Source: a virus
Taxonomy: Duplodnaviria; Caudoviricetes
Virus record (IMG/VR): IMGVR_UViG_3300010354_000177
Coordinates: 1-43,258 of that record
Length of the DNA: 43,258 nucleotides
Reading direction: 5' to 3' (one strand)
Shown here: positions 39,801 to 43,258 of the stretch, in pieces
Layout: the number at the start of each line of letters is the position of its first letter
Numbering within the stretch: the stretch's first letter is position 1
Translations under genes and position numbers: made by a program
The notes under the pieces: generated by a model
Database searches by the model: none
Told to the model about the DNA's origin: nothing
Seen by the model: the letters and a program-made list of their open reading frames with translations, nothing else

Positions 39801-41357
39801 AGAAAACTTTCCATCAACAGATTGAACATCACCGATAAATTCAGAGAAACCAAGACTATCAGTCCCAGGAACTAATTGAGGTCTTGATGAAATAAGCTTT
39901 ACACTATCTCCTTTATAGAATATATGTTCATCATATAATTCAATTAAGTAAGTATTATTAAATGTATTGTTTCTAATAATAGTTTTAATATTATATTTTG
40001 GCGCAATATTAAATTTCCAATTATTAAAAGCAGGTTCTTGAATATCTTTTCCTAGAGTTCTTAAATTAATTCTATTACCTTCTACAATGTAGTGCGAATC
40101 ATCAGATGTTGTTGCTTCCGATAATACTCCAGTAATTCTAAATTTAATTGGATTTTCGTCATTTCCTACGGTATTTCCACCTTCACAGTAATAATTCAAA
40201 TAAATTACACTTCCTTGAGGAATTTCTCTGTTAATACCAGAGCATCCTAAAAATTGATTAAGATTCTTTCTCTCATATAATATAACAGATGTCAATCCAT
40301 CGTCAAAAGTAACTCTTAAAACTCCATTAGTTTCTGGAAACCCATACGTTGAGTCTACTGTTATTACATCAGATTGCTCAGAAACTTTATCAGTAATAAA
40401 AGTTTTTGGTCCAATTACAAATTCACCATAGACAGATCCCTTTAGGTTAATATCTTTATTATAATCAAAATCTAGACTGACTGCATAATAGGTCTTGTCT
40501 TTTCTAGAAATAGTTTCAACTTTATTTACAGTTCCATAAGCATATGAAATAAAGTCTTCACCATTTATAGTTAAAGGATTTTGGAAGATTGTAGTATCTA
40601 CAAGGTCTAAAGGATTACCTTCTATTGCTTCAATAATTAATTCCTTATTAACTCTATACTGAGCATCTGATGGGCGAATTAAAAAATCTCTAGGTCTGAT
40701 AATTTCAACATCATCATTGAAAAGTGCCTTGAAGAGTATTTTAAACGAATCATCGGTTCCCTTAGAGGAATAGAAATCTTTTAGTTGTTTAATGAAAACG
40801 TTTTCATTAAGATTAATTTTAGAAGAAGTATCTTCAAAGAAATTTCTATTCTCAAATCCAGGTGCAAATTGCTTTTTAACTTTGTTGAAAAACTCATTCA
40901 AAAATAAAATATTTAAATTTTTAACAACAGCCCCATCTACGTGATCTTCAGCAACAGACTGTTCAAAATTTAAAGAATCATCGTAAGAAGTAATCCCGCT
41001 AAATCCTCTTACACAATCGATAAATGAATTTTGCGTTTTAGACTTATAGAGAATAACTTCAGAATCAATCTGAATTAGACCATACCTATCAGGAAATCCA
41101 GTGGTGCTATCGACAGGTATTACAGTATCTGCAAAACTAATACTTGATCTAATACCAGTGATTTCAGTCAAATTAGTATTATTATCTAATTTGATATACT
41201 GATCAATATTTTGAAGTATATCTAAGACTCCACCCTGATATTCCTGACCTTTATAATATTCAGAGAATAACTCTTCTACCAAAGGATATTCTTCCTTTAC
41301 AAAATTAGGAAGTTGATTTTTTAGTATGTTACTAATGTTAATCCTTGCTTTCTTCAT
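27801..41357 (-). CDS. gp7: Baseplate wedge initiator, giant multidomain form (4518 aa)
   Basis: Lies between gp6 and gp8; QLPNFVKEEYP; IKQLKDFYSSKGT.DSFKILFKALF; IHDSDYYQYFSYALKS...LNHTVGFKKFG motifs. Confidence 0.85.
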   Translation of the reverse strand: MKKARINISNILKNQLPNFVKEEYPLVEELFSEYYKGQEYQGGVLDILQNIDQYIKLDNNTNLTEITGIRSSISFADTVIPVDSTTGFPDRYGLIQIDSEVILYKSKTQNSFIDCVRGFSGITSYDDSLNFEQSVAEDHVDGAVVKNLNILFLNEFFNKVKKQFAPGFENRNFFEDTSSKINLNENVFIKQLKDFYSSKGTDDSFKILFKALFNDDVEIIRPRDFLIRPSDAQYRVNKELIIEAIEGNPLDLVDTTIFQNPLTINGEDFISYAYGTVNKVETISRKDKTYYAVSLDFDYNKDINLKGSVYGEFVIGPKTFITDKVSEQSDVITVDSTYGFPETNGVLRVTFDDGLTSVILYERKNLNQFLGCSGINREIPQGSVIYLNYYCEGGNTVGNDENPIKFRITGVLSEATTSDDSHYIVEGNRINLRTLGKDIQEPAFNNWKFNIAPKYNIKTIIRNNTFNNTYLIELYDEHIFYKGDSVKLISSRPQLVPGTDSLGFSEFIGDVQSVDGKFSFTCAINFDLDTSLSYEVERQINKFNFSYNSLVSSLNNTYLTDIQNVYRDSEGSLYVASQSLPTYTSDILPITDDTITLSSNVYISEELNSNDPEKTDKILNIGRHTFKTGDAVYYQSGDGTNKLNLSEGIYYVKVVGSLENPTQIKLSSSRTNIDNNLFLNISLNSPSLVGSDNKLYKSTNEIIYFQNSVKNSLTSSKFEKFISPKNLIKKINNTLEVKEKQLTSSGQTGILVNGVEILNYKSNDFIYYGSIEDIKIKSSGSDYDIITPPKLDIIDKNGSNASAICHISGSLTRIDILDGGFDYEKTPTIEISGGNGIDAEVSPNMTTFEHSMEFIAKEGSPQINLLTDTITFNVKHKFYNGEEVKYDYTQVPLEGISKEIGYYVGIGTSPSDQYSLKLYPTYQDAINKTNNVGLTTYVLGTHYLISAQKKSTIGSINIVRSGTGYANKKIVTSSENVNIFSNTINIKKHGYQTGEKIVYSTSGSSIAGLATTSQYLVYKVDDNQFKLCEVNNQSQDENFYLRTEQFVNFTGIGTGNHIFNYPPISVKVIGSFKNKNLSISDLEARIVPAFRGSITSVFVENGGVGYGSSDIINYNRQPDFNLENGNGAELRPIISQGKISEVLIVNGGSQYTALPVIEVIGQGTGAKLLPIISNGSIVDIEIVSSGINYDPDATILNVNSAGSGANFEFSIQSWNINSVERSIQSNSILTSDIFLYDTKNEYDERMTQITHSYAPRKLRENLIVSKEEGGQIFYRKDIENDTRSSNYYHSPIIGWAYDGNPIYGPFGYENPDGSGLVKKMKTGYTLNISKPNRPSINIFPAGFFVEDYDYVGNGDLDEYNGRFCATPEFPNGIYAYFTTLGELDSQFSRDYLRPIFPYLIGNYYKSSPIEFNFDVDNTQNSIVFEDVNLIRNTTPYGIISKNSSYRYAFNPIEYEEQLNKITRVGNGKIDSINIISGGENYKVGDKITLSEDEFGNKSYAEVTKIKGVGVSSISVSYTEILGVEFGSSRDFKTVVGVASTPHQLKDQDVISIIGLNDIITNNQKNVTSRINVFTNQLTVTKNVEPSSVTGTVTEIQVSGNLNDYAIKPNDIYISQEGEQLKILNIDKTSSTIRVKRGVGVSTYYSGSNLTENSRRFEVIVTESSSPVDLTSNNYPLNREIYFNPANSVGLGTVGLSTTIFLNTVPLNYQVSIDTQARVIIGINTVSRTGLIFNNPQNSNQFKVGDYIDLVGSSNISFNAIQKAKVLNVGIGSIIVDYDSSLLSGIGVTSFVTKWEVRELATRSLYLPNHSLNTGEIITYYANSGTPIGVSANKLNSSLLSDGNKFYVYKFDENNIGISTVLVGLTTSGEYLNPNNGQGLLYLTSSGSGSYHSFKTNYDVQVGKVIKNIARIQTTNNPSLFFNENIEVNNVPKTNRTIFVKYNKENRRLVVNPKSFVAINVNANYSNSFYIPDHGYSTGDKIIHTTEDGASSLTNNQIYYVVVLDNNNVRLSDTYYNSIKSNPATLAITPARGQFSLVNPAIKLYKNETIKFDLTDKSLSFVSDEITYSAFRFNLYKDPNYSESFTKTEGDTFFNVKKIGRIGITNNAALELRIGDKTPSRLYYRLELDNINYNIPDTQLEYIIDDENIENNNTLLIENSVYSGSHNVYNVGSNFIEYILKQKPEKNSYSSLESSISYVTNSYSTLGEIYDVQVLSKDRKYRVLPGITSVSSKTGSGAILFPYSKDIGSAKKVKIENIGFDYNSDYSLRPTGNLPQIIQVEPLSIFKDIKVISIGKNYTTIPNIIVLDGLTKIQDKQAELKFSPEESLIEIIQNSSGLYNKTPYLVPTNNSNGFTVRSVSFNEETKLLTLIFTTSFGSLVDFPFSVGSKVLLENFKVSSNFLNESGEIEEATNVRGLNSEDYEYALFEIYLSSASIGGSGASITIDMAPYLNDGEIPGTYSPVNSLGYVVPESYFPTFEVILQKNNFILGEEVITTSGYSGIVEYWDRENEFVSVLADDKFVSGDRITGKTSNLSGVVGKVEFFDAEYSTNSYSVVQRGWDTNIGFLNDSIQRIHDSDYYQYFSYALKSKIQFSEWNDPVSSLNHTVGFKKFGTLSVESLTPSVGIATVSYSELNSVSDFFEIIDLNSYHDFDMVSENAYDLGGRIVSDQIIFNTREIQDYSESIGNRVLMIDDFSNQFNNIPRAERYSIVDKFPIYQNRHRKYFAYVKDKLFFNERQFSIISLIHDNLNGFVNQYGRLETFNELGTFDFVINGDEGQVQFKPFDYEFNDFDVDLVSYTLFDTFVGLGSTTLTRYNIGSIVNLANDVNVIPKNSTSTINITNIPINYRASKVILTSNSKDGSYRESTELNIIHDGTDAYITEYGRLFTKNINPPIGFATYSAYIQGPNLVLDLVPYVGYGSTIEVNVFRLSVRDENATTNGVLSENNARLESGFINIPSGNVGVAFTFHNYSYEYGGGYYYMSVQNNSTSVYQSLELATLNNRTDVYHTQFGSVITDDSLVGLGTFATQIIGRRVYLSFIPSVNGNISIRFYYNGIKTITESDIPQNEVVLDLNEAQIVSFNSDYIGTENAIKRSFDLYHKKLPILKRTFRGNNSSGVNLPADRINIPNHYFSTGEEVVYDFGGDEPIGIATTTIAGIGLTDQLPSNLYIVKVNDLSVRVAASASEALKAYPEYLKLTSYGVGSQHSFTGKRGNSRSLITIDNMIQSPIVSAGKTTSLFANVALKDIRVKVNDPSVFIAGDIFKVDDEIMRVKSVGFGSTNTLLVNRFWMGTLPGIHSEGAVCETLKGDYNIVENKIHFYDAPYGKVPIVSENPRYDEVDYLGIQTSSSFSGRIFNKSGTINGSSVTYSDNILLDDLSNEFNGITTAFTIKQNGSPVIGISTSNLFVLVKDILQIPNNELRNNNGAFELGLNLSGQTTIIFNKDPEKDFTNIDDINTTNIPSGGIILSVGSTFGGGYQPIKTAGGIAQVNGSGQISSISIGFSGSGYRVSGGKEIIVSTASTVSIGTNIIPITEERGLFSKLTYSGETTCNIGIGTSLHSVSISSYNSISSTITISKNTNVVIPQSTPISIKLNELTSELVDIGVRSESNQNYEKYYIGFATVIGGHISNSLNLINPGISFTSFYDKFNTNTSISVSSGSTIFYLNSLDDISIGDYISINSSPLLKIAGVGNTFVYSETSFGSAVSSGTNVLVRRYSPPEVVFDSPVGYSNIPLIYSSLSGSSGIGTGAKIKINIGEGGEVIDFDIQNSGYGYKKSDVLTVPVGGLDGIPTDPSLTFAEFKIFVDSIYNTKFSAWSIGDLLVIDNFDNLFDGNRRVFPIKINGITRSIRAKRGSTLDIQATLIVLFNDILQVPGEGYTFKGGSIITFPEAPKYEDRVSIIFYRGNEEVDVIDVDLLETVKVGDGLTIVSDQKKFNEDQRIVSEVVSSDYANTNPYSGRGISQNIDFLRPVVFSKQRVDFVIDGVNVGKDRNWYEPTIYPSTTVIQDIGIGNSEIYVESLKTFFDNDAENISNKDKFAIKIVEQTPLKGAIATCQVSSGSISSIDLIDGGYGYKEQPNVLIENSPISSGIAYTMSLVSIVDESGISTTGLTSSILGETIIGAESQSTAVLSGISTIDPIISYIPTTPISFIVGEEVRFEESGLNAEIGSLSTNSSNAIGVATISNGVVTSIDITNAGYGYTYGPIKNLEVISNGSGYPETLNPSNSSFYNARLKTTTGIGIGGIVDIILEIDPITLNYVVEFDIKQGGTDYKVGDILKVGTFDNVGVGLTYRNKVLETPIEFRVTEIQEPLVIIEPPTPEVEIIKNVSFKGDFGFVVGIGTTTVGISSNALIFDLYIPQDSYLRNSIVIGDTVVGSAITISQLDDGDYFVISDSNIGSGVTSLRNDGSIIGISTSGDKINNVYQVYSSEILRLDIATSGIRTSYINRVVSFVQSFDSDIINISSYDQIYANYSWGKIENLSDRITPKEFKTYQDQTSGIGSNPIIQRFNSLKYVGYSTVL

Positions 41358-41361
41358 TTTA

Positions 41362-43257
41362 TTATTCTCTGATTAATTTTCCATTCGTATAACTTGAGGT
41401 TGTAATATAGTTCGATCCAGAAATATCATTTCCAGATGAAATATTATCAGGAACAGGAGTGACTGCTATATGATTGGTATCTAATTGTAAGTATAGATCG
41501 TGTAGACCTATAACATCGTTCGATTTCGGTGTTGTCGAAACTTCAACAATAGATTCACCTTTATCTATACTGGTTGAAATGATCTTGATTGGATTTAAAA
41601 GAATCTCACCCTTTTCATAATCCACCGTTCCAACATTTTGTCTAACCTCAACTGGATCAACAGATTCTGGAACGATTTTGAATAAGAATATGGTTCCTTT
41701 TTTCATATCTGAGTTTGGTTTATCTGAAAAATAAACGGTATCAGTAATTCCATTAACTTTAAATCCTGAGGTTTTAATATTATAACCATTTGAATTATTA
41801 ATATGGAATTCATTGCCGAAGCAAATTTCATATTCTGCAAATTGATTAATGGAAGCTCTAAAGTCTCTTCTTAAAGAAACTTTTGTGATATTAGAAGTAA
41901 TTGCCTCATCACTATCATCGATCAATTTGAGGACCTTACTATATTTAAATCTAGATCCATACTTATTAATTTCAATTGATTTTGAATATTTACTCAGATT
42001 TGAGACCACTTTATTAGCAACAAGTTCTGAATTTGACACCATATTTGTATTGTAGTAGATACTCACATCTAATTCGATATACAAATACTTTAAATCAATG
42101 ACTTCCGTTACAATTCCAGCAACAGAATATTTCTTTAATTTATTTTTTAAATTCTGAGCCGCACTTGAAGGTAAGAAAGAACCATTTTGAGGTTTAACTG
42201 CAACAAAAACTTTTCCATATTGTGGTGGTGATAAGTCTTCTCCACCAAATACAGAAACTGATTCTAATTCTGGATAGATCAAAGGTATAATTGCTTTAAA
42301 ATCACCTGCGGTTACTGCTCTATTTTGAGCAGCATAATTTTTAGGAGCATAATTACGGATAGATTGAACGGATTCAATTTCTCTTCCACCATCAGATACC
42401 TGATTAGTTGTAATTAAAGATATTCCGCGAGATATAAGTCCAACATTAGATGTCAATCTACCTGCAAAATTGAATTGAGATAATCCATTACCCAATTCAC
42501 CGTTTGATATCACATAATTAACAGTAATATAATTATTTTCTTCAAGTCTTTTTCCAAAAATACCATCCCCAAAGATTAATTCATACTTTTGATCTTCAAC
42601 TTCTTGTATGAAGAAAATCTTTGAATTCCCATCAACATCAAAAATATCATTAGTTAATGTATATTTACTTGAAACATTACTAAAAATAGTCTTTGAGACT
42701 ACAACATCGATTAAACTAGTATCAATATTTGCATTTTCAACGATAAACCTTTGCGGTGGGCTCGGAACATTAGGATTTACAGTAAAATTAGTTGTTAAGA
42801 ATGTCCCCTCATAAACATCAATACTATTAAAACTTGCGATTCCATTTACAACAGGAACAGTTATATCCTCAAGAGTCACAAAGGTATAACTCTCTCCTCC
42901 AAAATTTGAGCTTGTTGTGCATACAATACCCTTATTTAAAGTTACAATTCTGGGTATTGTCGAATAATTTGATACATCTATAAAGAAAGATATATTTGCT
43001 TTTGCTGCAGTTCTTGAACGAGGAACATATCCAATATTTCTTGCAAGAGATACAATGTTCTCTCTGAGAGTTGCACTGTCAATGAATATCTCATTACTTA
43101 CCATATTGGCATTGTAAGAAGATATGTAAGTATTATATGCAAGAATATCTATCAGGACCGACATATTCGATCCTTCAAAATCATAGTCTGTAAAATTTGA
43201 ATTTGATCTAAGATAATCTTTAATAGAAAGTCTTATTTGATCAAAATCTAAATCCGT
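41362..43257 (-). CDS. gp6: Baseplate wedge subunit (5' end outside window)
   Basis: The frame stays open upstream of the track's Met: TDLDFDQIR.SIKDYLR....FTDYDFEGSNMSVLIDILAYN; also QNRAVTAGDF and PPQYGKVF. Confidence 0.95.
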   Translation of the reverse strand, partial: TDLDFDQIRLSIKDYLRSNSNFTDYDFEGSNMSVLIDILAYNTYISSYNANMVSNEIFIDSATLRENIVSLARNIGYVPRSRTAAKANISFFIDVSNYSTIPRIVTLNKGIVCTTSSNFGGESYTFVTLEDITVPVVNGIASFNSIDVYEGTFLTTNFTVNPNVPSPPQRFIVENANIDTSLIDVVVSKTIFSNVSSKYTLTNDIFDVDGNSKIFFIQEVEDQKYELIFGDGIFGKRLEENNYITVNYVISNGELGNGLSQFNFAGRLTSNVGLISRGISLITTNQVSDGGREIESVQSIRNYAPKNYAAQNRAVTAGDFKAIIPLIYPELESVSVFGGEDLSPPQYGKVFVAVKPQNGSFLPSSAAQNLKNKLKKYSVAGIVTEVIDLKYLYIELDVSIYYNTNMVSNSELVANKVVSNLSKYSKSIEINKYGSRFKYSKVLKLIDDSDEAITSNITKVSLRRDFRASINQFAEYEICFGNEFHINNSNGYNIKTSGFKVNGITDTVYFSDKPNSDMKKGTIFLFKIVPESVDPVEVRQNVGTVDYEKGEILLNPIKIISTSIDKGESIVEVSTTPKSNDVIGLHDLYLQLDTNHIAVTPVPDNISSGNDISGSNYITTSSYTNGKLIRE

Positions 43258-43258
43258 A

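Noticed and set aside
17899-41357. Inteins, introns or homing endonucleases explaining the giant ORFs
   Set aside because: No Hint splice-junction, LAGLIDADG, HNH or GIY-YIG motifs recognised; size is explained by structural repeats.
8916-42814. Short plus-strand and off-frame ORFs (61-92 aa) inside large genes
   Set aside because: They lie antisense to or within well-supported structural genes and show no recognisable motifs.
43162-43164. Track start of gp6 at MSVLID
   Set aside because: Conserved gp6 sequence continues in frame to the window end, so this Met is internal.
1-43258. Stop-codon reassignment or programmed frameshift
   Set aside because: Genes tile the window with the standard code, and the apparent 8-kb gap is one open frame running off the edge.

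Overview
A 43-kb, AT-rich, gene-dense segment of a T4-like myovirus genome, most consistent with a cyanomyovirus (Kyanoviridae-type gene set). All credible genes are on the minus strand. In transcription order: gp6 baseplate wedge (5' end outside the window), a 4518-aa gp7-like wedge initiator, gp8, a 2779-aa VrlC/DUF4815-like structural protein, two small ORFs, gp13, gp14, gp15 and gp16. Instead of gp17, a cluster of fibre/virion genes follows. It ends in a >=2789-aa collagen-like fibre with a C-terminal S74 chaperone that the ORF track missed. T4-type late promoters (nATAAATA/CTAAATA) precede several genes. The most notable observations are: (1) a phycobiliprotein-like helical domain retaining both candidate bilin-attachment cysteines, inserted into a fibre-type virion protein; (2) an unannotated 55-aa NblA-like ORF translationally coupled to gp13; (3) about 1,500 residues of proline-poor, Thr/Gln-rich collagen; (4) a terminator/late-promoter overlap. 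Family assignments are from motif recognition by eye; no database searches were run.
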